Shown here: positions 8,183-17,350 of the stretch, in pieces
Position numbering within the stretch: position 1 is the first letter of the stretch
Layout of the letters: the number at the start of each line of letters is the position of its first letter
NCBI RefSeq assembly: GCF_000010065.1
Contig: NC_006576.1
Span: forward strand, 2,348,051 to 2,380,050
Reading direction: 5' to 3'
Origin: Synechococcus elongatus PCC 6301
GTDB taxonomy: Bacteria > Cyanobacteriota > Cyanobacteriia > Synechococcales > Synechococcaceae
DNA length: 32,000 nt
Made by a program: the position numbers and the translations under genes
Notes under the pieces: model-generated
Database searches by the model: none
What the model saw: the letters and a program-made list of their open reading frames with translations, nothing else
Told to the model about the DNA's origin: nothing

Positions 8183-9478
8183 TCAGGATATCAGTGACTG
8201 TAGAACCTGCTGGATCTGTTGCTGAACTTGTCCATCAGCAAAAGCCTGGATTTGCTGTGTGGCTCGCGAGCGTAACTCTGACAGCTGAGCAGGATAGCAA
8301 CCCAATTGAATTAGTTGATCAGCAACTTCGAGGGGATGCTGAGGATTCGCATAGGTGGCCGCAGCCCCCATCACTTCACGCAAAACGGGAATATTGGCTA
8401 AGAGGCTTGAGCGTCCACAGAGGGCAGCTTCAATCATGGGAATTCCGAAGCCTTCCTGCCATGAAAGGAACGTTAAGGCACGACAATGGCGCAACAGACA
8501 AATTTTCTCTGCTTCAGTGAGATAGCCAGTCCAAAGAATCTGATCAGTCGAACGAGATCGTTGCTGCAACTGCTGGGCATAGTCTTGCGTATGAACATCT
8601 GCTGTCCCGCCAATCACCAGAGGTAACTGAGTTCTAAGGACAGCTACCTGTTGAGCAGCGATCAGCGTTTCTAAGTTTTTGCGAGGTTCGATCGCTCCAA
8701 CAAAGAAAAAATAGCGATCGCGTTCTAATCCATAGCGTCGGAGAACTGCGGCTGCGAAGTCAGGGCGATCGGTAAGGGCGAGGGCTTCTGCTGAAAAACT
8801 GACAGGCTGATAAAGGGTTAGTGTTCGGGATTCCGCCTGTGGGAACAACTCGAGGAATTGCTGGCGAGTCGTTTCAGACAGACAAATGATGCGATCGCTA
8901 TAATCTGCGGTTGCTTGTAATCGTCTGAGAAAGGTCACTGCTTCATCGGGATGTCGTAAATAGTTTAAGGGAATTAAATCGTGAATGACTTGAATCAGTC
9001 GGCTACTTGAGGACACTCTAAGATTTAACGGTGAGCTGGTTAGGACGACAGGATAGTTCTTAGTCTTAAGAAAGAAAGGGCGATCGCTGATTTTTGCCTG
9101 TAGTCGTAACTTGCGATAGAAAAATGGATGATTGATGAGTTGATCAATCTGCTGAAGATATTGGATGCGATCGCCAATGATTAAGTTTGAATCTACTTTG
9201 ATTGGTGTTTGCCGCGATCGCCCTAGTCGCTCAGCAAAGTAAGACTGCGCGAGCTGAATCCGTGACCAGTTAGACGGTTGATCAAGATGGCGATGGAGAC
9301 TTAGGCTAGCCAAACGGCCCTGCGCTAAACCTCCTGCACCTGTCAATAGATGGAGGGGGTAACCACTCTGGTGCAGTAGGCGAATCATCGCCTTCGCATA
9401 GGTTGCAATCCCTCGATGGATTGGCCCCTCTAGATCGAGTCCATAGGCTAGAAGTAGAGGAGGGAAATTAGTCATCAA
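8183..9478 (-). CDS. Glycosyltransferase, GT4/group 1 family
   Basis: RLIQVIHDLIPLNYLRHPD, DRYFFFVGAIEPRKNLETLI, SWQEGFGIPMIEAALCGRSSLLANIPVLREVMGAAATY. Confidence 0.88.
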   Translation of the reverse strand: MMTNFPPLLLAYGLDLEGPIHRGIATYAKAMIRLLHQSGYPLHLLTGAGGLAQGRLASLSLHRHLDQPSNWSRIQLAQSYFAERLGRSRQTPIKVDSNLIIGDRIQYLQQIDQLINHPFFYRKLRLQAKISDRPFFLKTKNYPVVLTSSPLNLRVSSSSRLIQVIHDLIPLNYLRHPDEAVTFLRRLQATADYSDRIICLSETTRQQFLELFPQAESRTLTLYQPVSFSAEALALTDRPDFAAAVLRRYGLERDRYFFFVGAIEPRKNLETLIAAQQVAVLRTQLPLVIGGTADVHTQDYAQQLQQRSRSTDQILWTGYLTEAEKICLLRHCRALTFLSWQEGFGIPMIEAALCGRSSLLANIPVLREVMGAAATYANPQHPLEVADQLIQLGCYPAQLSELRSRATQQIQAFADGQVQQQIQQVLQSLIS

Positions 9479-9527
9479 AATACTTGTGCTTGGTACTAAA
9501 ATTGGTTGCTAGACTATCACTAAATAT

Positions 9528-11582
9528 TCAAAAAAGATTCGCTTGAACTTGCGTTCTTCCTTGAATTGAGTTCAGGATCTGCTTAGCTTGTGCCATTAAG
9601 CCTTGTAGATAGGGATGGTCTAAGTCAATCGCTTGCCAATCTTGCCCAGACTTCTGAATCTTTGCTTGCTGGCGATTGCAATCAATTCTGAGAATCGATC
9701 CTTCTGCGTTTGTTAATCGCCAAATTGTTGAGTTGGCAATAGTTTCAGTGGTGAGTTGATAGGTGCGATCGCCATATAAAAAAGTGATCGAATCTAACTC
9801 TTGGCTCAAACGAATGCCAGCAATTTCCAGTTGGAGTTCGCGACGATCGTTCCAGATGTTTTCGCGCAGGTAATAGGCGACATCCACTCGATCCTCGGGA
9901 ACGGGGCGATCGCCCCACCGCCAGTAGACAGCTGTCACCTTGGACTGTCCGTCGCTCAACGTCAGCTTGAGATGCTCTTGACCGTTGCCCATCCGGCGCT
10001 GATCGAGAATGGCCAAATTTTTGGCCCAGTAGAGCGGCTCATCATTGGCAATGCCAAAAGGCTGGAGCTGCTGTTGCTGCTCAAACAAGTTCAGGCTTGC
10101 CAGAGCGATCGGCAATTCTGCATCAATCTGGATGGCTGGACGCCGACAGTCCACCGGTAAACAGTCAGCTGCAAAGGCTTCCAGGCGCGATCGCCAAGCT
10201 GAGAGATTCTCAGCCGACAACGAAAAGCCACCAGCAGCTCGATGCCCGCCAAAGCGACCGAGTACATCGCGGCAATGTTCCAGCGCAGCAAAGACGTCAA
10301 ATTCAGGGGTGCCTCGGGCGGACCCCCGCAGATGCCCGTCCTCTTCGTAGCTAGAAATGAACACGGGTACCCCGTAACGCTCCACCAAGCGGGAGGCCAC
10401 AATGCCAATCACGCCATGATGCCAATTGGGCTGTGCCAAGACCAGTACCGCAGTCTGGCGATTATCAAAGCCCTCTGCCTCAACGATTGCGATCGCTTCC
10501 TCTGTAATCCGATCGCAGAGCCCGCGCCGCTCTTGGTTGGTCACCTCGCAAATCCCAGCCAATTCTTGGGCGCGATCGCGGTCTTCGGTGGTCAGCAGCT
10601 CAATCACCACCTGCGGATCGCCAATTCGACCGATCGCATTGATCCGAGGGCCGAGCTTAAAGCCAATATCCTCAGGTTTAAGGCTGCGATCGCTGGTCTT
10701 GACGCCTGCCGCCTCCATGAGGGCTTGCACACCCACCAGTTGGGACTGAGGCAAGAGCCGGAGTCCACGCTGGAGCCAGCGGCGATTCACCCCCGTGAGC
10801 GGAGCGAGATCGGCGATCGTGCCGAGGGTATAGAGCTCTAGTAGCGGGCGAATCAGTTCTGCTTGGCGATTGAACTGCTCCGCCACACAGAGTGCTAACA
10901 CGTAAGCAACACCGACACCCGCTAGTCCGTGATAAGGCGACTCTTCCGGGAGAAGTTTGGGATTAAGAATGGCGTTAGCAGGCGGCAATTCTGGTGGGAG
11001 ATCGTGGTGATCGGTAACAATCACCGTCAGCCCCAACTCGCGGGCTCGAGCGATCGGTTGATAGGCGGCAATGCCGTTATCGACGGTCAGCACCACTCGG
11101 ACGCCAGAAGCCGCAAACTCTTCGACAATCCGCTCGTTAATGCCGTAGCCTTCCTGCATCCGGCTAGGAATGGCGTACTCTGCCTTGGCTCCCAACTGGC
11201 GAAAGGTGCGCAGTAGTAAGGCAGTACTGGTCATACCATCGGCATCGTAGTCGCCGCAGATGGCAATGCGATCGCCGCTGCGAATCGCTTTCTCAAGCAG
11301 CAGCACGCTCTCGACGAGGTCTTCAAATTCCTCGCGAGGATCCGGTAATTCTTGCTGCTCTGGCTTCAGGTAATCCCTTGCGTCAGCGATCGCACCGAGC
11401 CCTCGGTTGATCAGCACTTGCGCCAATACGGGCGGCAGATTGAGCGCAGTTGCCAGCACCGTTGCTTGAGAACTGCTAGGTGCAAGGATCCAACGCTGCT
11501 CGGGCAAAGGGGTCGCCGCTTGGGCCGGTAGACTGATCAAGACCTCGGTTCCAATTCGCTTCTCAATTGTAGGGAGACTCAA
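9528..11582 (-). CDS. recJ: Single-stranded-DNA-specific exonuclease RecJ
   Basis: ICGDYDADGMTSTALLLR, VVLTVDNGIAA, VIVTDHHDLP, GIGVAYVLA-like region, RSARGTPEFDVFAALEHCRDVLGRFGGHRAAGGFS. TTG start at 11582 is uncertain. Confidence 0.93.
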   Translation of the reverse strand: MSLPTIEKRIGTEVLISLPAQAATPLPEQRWILAPSSSQATVLATALNLPPVLAQVLINRGLGAIADARDYLKPEQQELPDPREEFEDLVESVLLLEKAIRSGDRIAICGDYDADGMTSTALLLRTFRQLGAKAEYAIPSRMQEGYGINERIVEEFAASGVRVVLTVDNGIAAYQPIARARELGLTVIVTDHHDLPPELPPANAILNPKLLPEESPYHGLAGVGVAYVLALCVAEQFNRQAELIRPLLELYTLGTIADLAPLTGVNRRWLQRGLRLLPQSQLVGVQALMEAAGVKTSDRSLKPEDIGFKLGPRINAIGRIGDPQVVIELLTTEDRDRAQELAGICEVTNQERRGLCDRITEEAIAIVEAEGFDNRQTAVLVLAQPNWHHGVIGIVASRLVERYGVPVFISSYEEDGHLRGSARGTPEFDVFAALEHCRDVLGRFGGHRAAGGFSLSAENLSAWRSRLEAFAADCLPVDCRRPAIQIDAELPIALASLNLFEQQQQLQPFGIANDEPLYWAKNLAILDQRRMGNGQEHLKLTLSDGQSKVTAVYWRWGDRPVPEDRVDVAYYLRENIWNDRRELQLEIAGIRLSQELDSITFLYGDRTYQLTTETIANSTIWRLTNAEGSILRIDCNRQQAKIQKSGQDWQAIDLDHPYLQGLMAQAKQILNSIQGRTQVQANLF

Positions 11583-11587
11583 TTTCC

Positions 11588-12355
11588 ATGCCTGCCTTGC
11601 AAGCTCTGATCTTTGATGTCGATGGCACCCTAGCCGAAACAGAACGAGATGGACACCGCATTGCCTTCAATCAAGCCTTCGCCGAAGCGGGTCTGGACTG
11701 GGATTGGACGCCGGAACTCTACGGCGAACTGCTGAAAATTACTGGCGGTAAAGAGCGAATTCGTCACTACCTCGATCGCTGGCAACCGGAAGCGCCGGAG
11801 GTTGAGGATCAAAAAGCCTGGATTGCTTCGCTGCACGCCGCCAAAAATGCTCGCTACCACGAACTTCTGCACGGTGGCCACATTGGTTTGCGGCCGGGTG
11901 TCGAACGCTTGCTGCTGGAAGCACGGGAGGCTGGTCTGACCCTTGCGATCGCCACCACCACCACACCAGAGAATGTTCTCACCCTGCTGCGCTGCACCCT
12001 GGGCGAGGAGAGCATCGGCTGGTTTGCTGCGATCGGGGCCGGCGATGTGGTGCCTGCTAAAAAACCAGCACCAGATATCTACACCCACGTGCTCAAGGAA
12101 CTGCAACTGGAGCCAGAGGTTTGTCTCGCCTTTGAAGATACCGCTGCTGGTCTAAAGTCCGCTTCTGGTGCTGACCTAGCAACCTTTATCACCCAGGGTT
12201 ACTACAGCCGCGACCATGACTTTACCGGCGCGATCGCGGTGCTGGATGGCCTTGGCCATGAAGAAGAACCCTGTCAGGTGATCAGCGGGCCGGACTACCT
12301 TGCCCCAGCGGTTCGCCTAGAAGCCCTAGTGGAACTCCACGCCAGCCAAGCATGA
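11588..12355 (+). CDS. cbbY: HAD-superfamily hydrolase of the CbbY family (candidate xylulose-1,5-bisphosphate phosphatase)
   Basis: LIFDVDGTLAETERDGHRIAFNQAFAEAGLDWDW, ELYGELLKITGGKERIRHYL, KPAPDIYTHVL, FEDTAAGLKSA. Confidence 0.82.
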   Translation: MPALQALIFDVDGTLAETERDGHRIAFNQAFAEAGLDWDWTPELYGELLKITGGKERIRHYLDRWQPEAPEVEDQKAWIASLHAAKNARYHELLHGGHIGLRPGVERLLLEAREAGLTLAIATTTTPENVLTLLRCTLGEESIGWFAAIGAGDVVPAKKPAPDIYTHVLKELQLEPEVCLAFEDTAAGLKSASGADLATFITQGYYSRDHDFTGAIAVLDGLGHEEEPCQVISGPDYLAPAVRLEALVELHASQA

Positions 12356-12873
12356 GCGCCGTTTACACTCTCGCGGAACTGCAAGCAGCGATCGCGGCGG
12401 AGCCCGATCGCTGGCGACCGCTGGTGCTGACCAACGGCTGCTTCGATCTGCTCCATGCCGGCCATGTGCGCTATCTGCAGGCAGCCCGGAACTTGGGGCG
12501 ATCCTTGGTAATCGGCCTCAACAGTGATGCTTCGGTACGGGGCATCAAACCCCAACCCGAGGGGCAACCGCCCCGCCCGATCGTGCCGGAACAGGAGCGG
12601 GCCGAAGTCCTAGCCGCCTTGGGTGCCGTCGATGCCGTTGTCCTATTCAATGAGCCGACTGCGACGGAATTGATTCAGGCCTTGCAGCCCGAAATCTACG
12701 CCAAAGGGGGAGACTATAGAATTGAGTCGCTACCCGAAGCGCCTGCAGTCCAGAGCTATGGCGGTGCCATTCAACTGATTGCTGTTGAAGTCCCCAGCTC
12801 CACGTCTGCCTTGATTGCGCGAATTCGGGGCGAGTCGGCTGATTCGCTGATCAAATCCAGTACCTCGCGCTGA
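12352..12873 (+). CDS. rfaE2: Stand-alone nucleotidyltransferase, D-glycero-beta-D-manno-heptose 1-phosphate adenylyltransferase-like (RfaE2/HldE C-terminal domain)
   Basis: LVLTNGCFDLLHAGHVRYLQAARNLG, AKGGDY, SSTSALIARI; no ribokinase-type domain; ATGA overlap with the preceding gene. Confidence 0.8.
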   Translation: MSAVYTLAELQAAIAAEPDRWRPLVLTNGCFDLLHAGHVRYLQAARNLGRSLVIGLNSDASVRGIKPQPEGQPPRPIVPEQERAEVLAALGAVDAVVLFNEPTATELIQALQPEIYAKGGDYRIESLPEAPAVQSYGGAIQLIAVEVPSSTSALIARIRGESADSLIKSSTSR

Positions 12874-13592
12874 TGACTTCGTCTTTGTCTTCCCCCGGGC
12901 TCGATCTTGAACAGTTGCGTCAGCGACTCCGCAGTAAAAGCGATCGCCCGCGACGGCAAGCCATCACCCAGTTATTGAGCTTGGGTGAGCCCGGCATCGA
13001 AGTTCTCAAAGACTATCTGCAAGATTGCCGCGATCGCGGCTTTGATTGGGTCGCGGGCACGATTTTTCGGGAGCTACTGGCCCTGCAGGATGAAGCGATC
13101 GCGCTTTACCTCGCGGAAGCTTTTCCCTTTGGGTTGCTCTACCTGCCCTCGGAAAAAGGCATCGACTACCAGCCAATTCAAGACGCGCTGATCGAAGGGG
13201 ACTGGCAGGAGGCCGATCGCCTGACCACGGTCAAACTCTGTGAACTAGCGGGAACGGCTGCCAAAACCCGTAAATGGCTCTACTACACGGAAGTTCTGAA
13301 TTTTCCGCGACTGGATCTGGAGACGATCGACAAACTCTGGCGGGTCTACTCCGAGGATAAATTTGGCTTCTCAGTCCAGCGCGAACTCTGGCTGAGCGTC
13401 GATCGCGTCTGGGAGCAACTCTGGCCTCGCATCGGCTGGAAGCAAGGCAACATCTGGACGCGCTATCCCGGCGCCTTTACTTGGAGTGTGGAAGCACCCC
13501 GTGGGCATTTGCCGCTGACCAACCAATTACGTGGGGCGCGGGTGATGGCAGCGCTGCTAGAGCATCCGGCCTTTTCCGAGCCGCAACCCTAG
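12873..13592 (+). CDS. gun4: GUN4-domain tetrapyrrole-binding protein with N-terminal helical domain
   Basis: LPSEKGIDYQPIQDALIEGDWQEADRLTTVKLCEL, PRLDLETIDKLWRVYSEDKFGFSVQRELWL, GHLPLTNQL; start overlaps previous stop (TGATG). Confidence 0.88.
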   Translation: MTSSLSSPGLDLEQLRQRLRSKSDRPRRQAITQLLSLGEPGIEVLKDYLQDCRDRGFDWVAGTIFRELLALQDEAIALYLAEAFPFGLLYLPSEKGIDYQPIQDALIEGDWQEADRLTTVKLCELAGTAAKTRKWLYYTEVLNFPRLDLETIDKLWRVYSEDKFGFSVQRELWLSVDRVWEQLWPRIGWKQGNIWTRYPGAFTWSVEAPRGHLPLTNQLRGARVMAALLEHPAFSEPQP

Positions 13593-13774
13593 CCGTTCTG
13601 GCAGTGGATTGTGCCAAGTTGCAATCGCTCTGTTAACGAACTGCCGAGCTTGTACCCCTCTGGGGTAGGCTATCTCTTAGCTCGTGCGCAACCGAGCCAT
13701 CGGGATGCCTGAGGCAAGCTGCGGCGGCGTTCTGAACCATTGCTCTCAATCTCGTCCAGGAGGTCTACAAGGGA

Positions 13775-14185
13775 ATGAAACAACTTGCACAGCGACTGTT
13801 CTCCTTGGCGCTTGTGCTGGCGCTTGTGCTGGGTATTTCCGTGCAGTCTGCACAAGCACTGTCTCTTCAATCGCCCCTGCTAGCGGTCGCCGAAGCAGAG
13901 ATTCGTAACGAAGCTGATGCTCAGCGGATCGAAGCTGGCGGCAAACTCGACCTCAACAACATTGGGGTTCGGGCATTCCAACAGTTTCCGGGAATGTACC
14001 CCTACCTCGCCAGCAAAATTGTTCTGGGTGGCCCTTACGACTCCGTGGATGATGTGCTGAAGCTCGATCTCAGCGATCGCCAACGGGAAGTCTTCGAGCA
14101 GTACAAAGAGAACTTCACCGTTACTCCTCCCCGCGACGCCCTCAACGAAGGGGATGACCGGATCAACAACGGCATCTATCGCTAA
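13775..14185 (+). CDS. psbU: Photosystem II 12 kDa extrinsic protein PsbU precursor
   Basis: Signal peptide (LVLALVLGISVQSAQA), KLDLNNIGVRAFQQFPGMYPYLASKIVLGGPYDSVDDVLKLDLSDRQREVF; AGGAGG Shine-Dalgarno just upstream. Confidence 0.95.
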   Translation: MKQLAQRLFSLALVLALVLGISVQSAQALSLQSPLLAVAEAEIRNEADAQRIEAGGKLDLNNIGVRAFQQFPGMYPYLASKIVLGGPYDSVDDVLKLDLSDRQREVFEQYKENFTVTPPRDALNEGDDRINNGIYR

Positions 14186-14207
14186 GGCCTCGTCCCTGGG
14201 TTTGTAA

Positions 14208-14240
14208 GCTCGCAGCGGTCGAAGTCGCTGCGGGCTTTTC
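14208..14240 (+). terminator. Rho-independent terminator of psbU
   Basis: GCTCGCAGCG (14208-14217) / CGCTGCGGGC (14226-14235), 8-nt loop, followed by TTTT, 22 bp past the psbU stop. Confidence 0.8.
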
Positions 14241-14272
14241 TGTAGCTTGATCCCTTTGCCAACGCCCTGCCT

Positions 14273-15925
14273 TTGTCTGACTCTGCTGCGCCTGCTGCCG
14301 GTTCCACCGCCTACGACGTGATCATCGTCGGTGCCGGTGCGGCTGGCCTCTACACCGGTCTCTGCCTGCCGTCCCATTATCGGGTGGCAATTCTCAGTAA
14401 GGATCTGCCGCAGCGATCGGCCAGTGACTGGGCGCAGGGGGGCTTGGCGGCAGTGACAGCTCCAGATGATTCAGCCGATTTGCACTACGCTGACACCCTT
14501 AAAGCGGGTGCAGACCTCTGTGAACCGGCAGCGGTCCGCTTGCTGGTTGAGTCGGCTCCACGTTGTGTGGCTTCGCTGCTTGAACTGGGGGTTGCCTTCG
14601 ATCGCACGAACGATCATCTGGCCTTGACCCTGGAGGCCGCTCATTCCCGCCATCGGGTGTTGCACGCGGCTGACACCACGGGGCGGGCGATCGTGACGAC
14701 GCTGCTTGAGCAAGTTCTGCAGCGCCCCAATCTTGAAATTTTGGCTCAGAGCCTGGCAGTTGACCTTTGGCGCGATCGCGAGGGTCACTGCTGTGGTCTC
14801 TTGCTCCTGCAAGGTCAGCAGCTACGCTGGCTAGCTGCCCGCGCCGTCATTCTGGCTTGTGGCGGTGGGGGGCAAGTCTTCTCGCAGACGACCAATCCAG
14901 CTTTGAGCACCGGCGATGGCGTGGCTTTGGCAGGCCGAGCAGGAGCGAAGCTGCGAGATCTCGAGTTTTTCCAATTCCATCCGACTGCACTGGTTTGGCC
15001 GGGTGCACCGCGCTTTTTGATCAGTGAAGCAGTCCGGGGCGAAGGGGCTCATGTGGTGGATGCCCAGGGCGATCGCTTCCTGTTTCGCTACGACGATCGC
15101 GGCGAACTGGCACCCCGCGAAATTGTCAGCCGTGCTATCTACCGGCATTTACTAGAGACGGGTACGGAGCAGGTCTGGCTAGATTTGCGACCGATTCCGG
15201 CAGCGACCGTCGAGCATCGCTTCCCCAATATCTTGCAGAAGTGTCGCCGCTGGGGTTTGGATCCCCTCCAGCAACCGCTACCGATTGCGCCTGCTGCGCA
15301 CTACTGGATGGGTGGCGTCTACACCAATCTCAACGGCGCAACCACTTGTCCTGGCCTCTACGCCGTTGGCGAAACAGCTTGTACGGGCGTGCATGGAGCC
15401 AACCGCCTTGCCAGTAATTCCCTGCTGGAATGTTTGGTGTTTGGTCGTCAGTTTCAAAACCTGCAACTTCCTGCTGCGATCGCCGCTTCTAGTCGCCTCG
15501 ATTCAGTCCACCCATTAAGCGTGATGGGCGATCGCGATCGCTGGAAAAAGCAACGACAAGCGCTGCAGGATTTGGTCTGGAAAGCTGCAGGCATCTGTCG
15601 CGATGCCGATCGCTTGCAGGCGGCGTTAGCCCAGGTCGAAGTCTGGCAAGCCGACTTGGACGCTGAGCCCCTCAGTCAAGCAATCGCGGCGATTCCCCTG
15701 GGACAGACCCAGCAGCTAGACGGTCTAGACGCTGAAGCGCTGAGGGATTGGGGCGAACTGCGCAACCTCTTAGCGATCGCCCAGTTGATCCTCAAAAGCG
15801 CTGATTTCCGCACAGAAAGCCGGGGTGGTCACTACCGGAGCGACTACCCCAAATCCAATCCAGGTTGGCGAGTCCATACGGATGTTCAATCAGGCCGATG
15901 GGGCACGACCGCGATCGGGCCATGA
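14273..15925 (+). CDS. nadB: L-aspartate oxidase
   Basis: YDVIIVGAGAAGLYTGLCLP, SDWAQGGLAAV, HSRHRVLHAADTTGRAI, FFQFHPTAL, EAVRGEGAHVVD, HYWMGGVYTNLNGATTCPGLYAVGETACTGVHGANRLASNSLLE. Reported start is TTG. Confidence 0.93.
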   Translation: MSDSAAPAAGSTAYDVIIVGAGAAGLYTGLCLPSHYRVAILSKDLPQRSASDWAQGGLAAVTAPDDSADLHYADTLKAGADLCEPAAVRLLVESAPRCVASLLELGVAFDRTNDHLALTLEAAHSRHRVLHAADTTGRAIVTTLLEQVLQRPNLEILAQSLAVDLWRDREGHCCGLLLLQGQQLRWLAARAVILACGGGGQVFSQTTNPALSTGDGVALAGRAGAKLRDLEFFQFHPTALVWPGAPRFLISEAVRGEGAHVVDAQGDRFLFRYDDRGELAPREIVSRAIYRHLLETGTEQVWLDLRPIPAATVEHRFPNILQKCRRWGLDPLQQPLPIAPAAHYWMGGVYTNLNGATTCPGLYAVGETACTGVHGANRLASNSLLECLVFGRQFQNLQLPAAIAASSRLDSVHPLSVMGDRDRWKKQRQALQDLVWKAAGICRDADRLQAALAQVEVWQADLDAEPLSQAIAAIPLGQTQQLDGLDAEALRDWGELRNLLAIAQLILKSADFRTESRGGHYRSDYPKSNPGWRVHTDVQSGRWGTTAIGP

Positions 15926-15973
15926 GCAATCAGCCAGTCTTTCAGAATATTGGGCCCGTAGGCCACGCGATCG

Positions 15974-16180
15974 CTAGAGCCAAACGGCTAAACCCAAAAC
16001 ACTGATAAAGACGCCCAGCGTGATTAAGCCAATGATCGTCATCTTGCGTTCATGGCCATCGATTTCATGCTCGAGGGTCTTTTCCATGCCCTCACGGAAG
16101 CTGTCAAAGTATTGCTGCCGCAGCGCTTCCTGTTCTTCGGGGGTCTTTCCTTCGAGGTCTCGATAATGTTTTTGGGGCAC
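15974..16180 (-). CDS. Small single-pass membrane protein
   Basis: 68 aa, charged N-terminal half, C-terminal TM MTIIGLITLGVFISVLGLAVWL; plausible on its own although the antisense strand also carries ORFs. Confidence 0.6.
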   Translation of the reverse strand: MPQKHYRDLEGKTPEEQEALRQQYFDSFREGMEKTLEHEIDGHERKMTIIGLITLGVFISVLGLAVWL

Positions 16181-16411
16181 AGGACATTCCTCAGTTGCAA
16201 CCGAACGCGAGTAAACCGCTTAAACCAGCCCCTAGCTTGCAATTTCCATCGCTGTTTGGCAATTGTGAATTGAAATCTGCCCAAGCGCGACTGCATTCGT
16301 CGGGATCAGCGCGATCGCAACCAGCGCACTGCAGCGGACGAAAACCGTGCCCTTCGGCACTCCAGAGGGAGAAGGATCAGCGACCATAGAGGGGCTGTTG
16401 TTATCGGACCT

Positions 16412-17350
16412 GTGCCGGTGCTCTCAGAAACCCGTCAACCGTCTGCCTTAGCGACTGTCTTAGCTCAATTACAGACGGTGCTGCTGGGCAAGGAACGACA
16501 AATTCAGTTAGCTGTCGCCTGCTTGTTGGCAAGGGGGCATCTGCTGATTGAGGATTTGCCGGGTATGGGCAAAACGCTGTTGTCTCAAAGCCTAGCCAAT
16601 AGTTTGGGCCTCAGCTATCGGCGGGTGCAATTCACCAGCGATTTATTGCCCGCTGACTTGCTCGGTGTCTCGATTTTTGAGCAGCAAGAACAACGCTTTC
16701 GCTTCCATCCGGGACCGATTTTTAGCCAGGTGTTGCTGGCGGATGAAATCAATCGGGCTAGTCCCAAAACCCAGAGTGCGCTCCTGGAGGCGATGGCCGA
16801 ACGGCAGGTCAGCCATGAGGGGGAAACCTACCCGCTGCCGCTGCCCTTTTTTGTGATCGCTACCCAGAATCCGATTGATCAAGCGGGCACGTTTGCACTG
16901 CCTGAATCGCAACTCGATCGCTTTTTAATGCGACTGGAATTGGGCTTCCCCAATCGTCAAGCGGAGCTAGCGATGTTGCGCGGCAGTGATGGCGATCGCC
17001 CTAGTGCCGCTTTGTCATCCATCCTCAATGCTGAGGCTTTGCAGGAGTTGCAACTAGAAGTTGCGAAAGTCCGCGCCAGCGATCCGTTGCTGGAGTACCT
17101 ATTAGCCTTGGTGCAAGAAAGTCGGCAGCGATCACAGATTCCCAATCCGCTTTCGCCACGGGCGAGTAAAGCGATTCTGGCGGCGGCCAAGGCTTGGGCC
17201 TTTCTATCGGGACGCGATTATGTGTTGCCCGAGGACATCCAGGTGATTTTCCCGGCTGTGGCCGAACATCGACTGCGGGGCAGTGTCACGGGGCAGGGCG
17301 ATCGCCGCTATGCGGAATCCTTGCTGGAAAGCGTGGATCCTGTGCGATGA
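16412..17350 (+). CDS. MoxR-family AAA ATPase
   Basis: GTG start; HLLIEDLPGMGKTLLSQSLA, LLADEINRASPKTQSALLEAMAERQVS, FVIATQNPIDQAGTFALPESQLDRF. Confidence 0.93.
   Translation: MPVLSETRQPSALATVLAQLQTVLLGKERQIQLAVACLLARGHLLIEDLPGMGKTLLSQSLANSLGLSYRRVQFTSDLLPADLLGVSIFEQQEQRFRFHPGPIFSQVLLADEINRASPKTQSALLEAMAERQVSHEGETYPLPLPFFVIATQNPIDQAGTFALPESQLDRFLMRLELGFPNRQAELAMLRGSDGDRPSAALSSILNAEALQELQLEVAKVRASDPLLEYLLALVQESRQRSQIPNPLSPRASKAILAAAKAWAFLSGRDYVLPEDIQVIFPAVAEHRLRGSVTGQGDRRYAESLLESVDPVR

Noticed and set aside
9801-10841. Several overlapping plus-strand ORFs (9801-10160, 10045-10350, 10242-10841)
   Set aside because: They are antisense to recJ, whose translation is strongly family-like; their sequences show no domain character. 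Long antisense ORFs are expected at this GC content.
11630-12106. 158-aa minus-strand ORF
   Set aside because: Antisense to the clearly coding CbbY-like gene; composition looks like a shadow ORF.
13684-13908. 74-aa plus-strand ORF overlapping the psbU start
   Set aside because: Out of frame with psbU, which has an AGGAGG ribosome site and signal peptide; translation is uncharacteristic.
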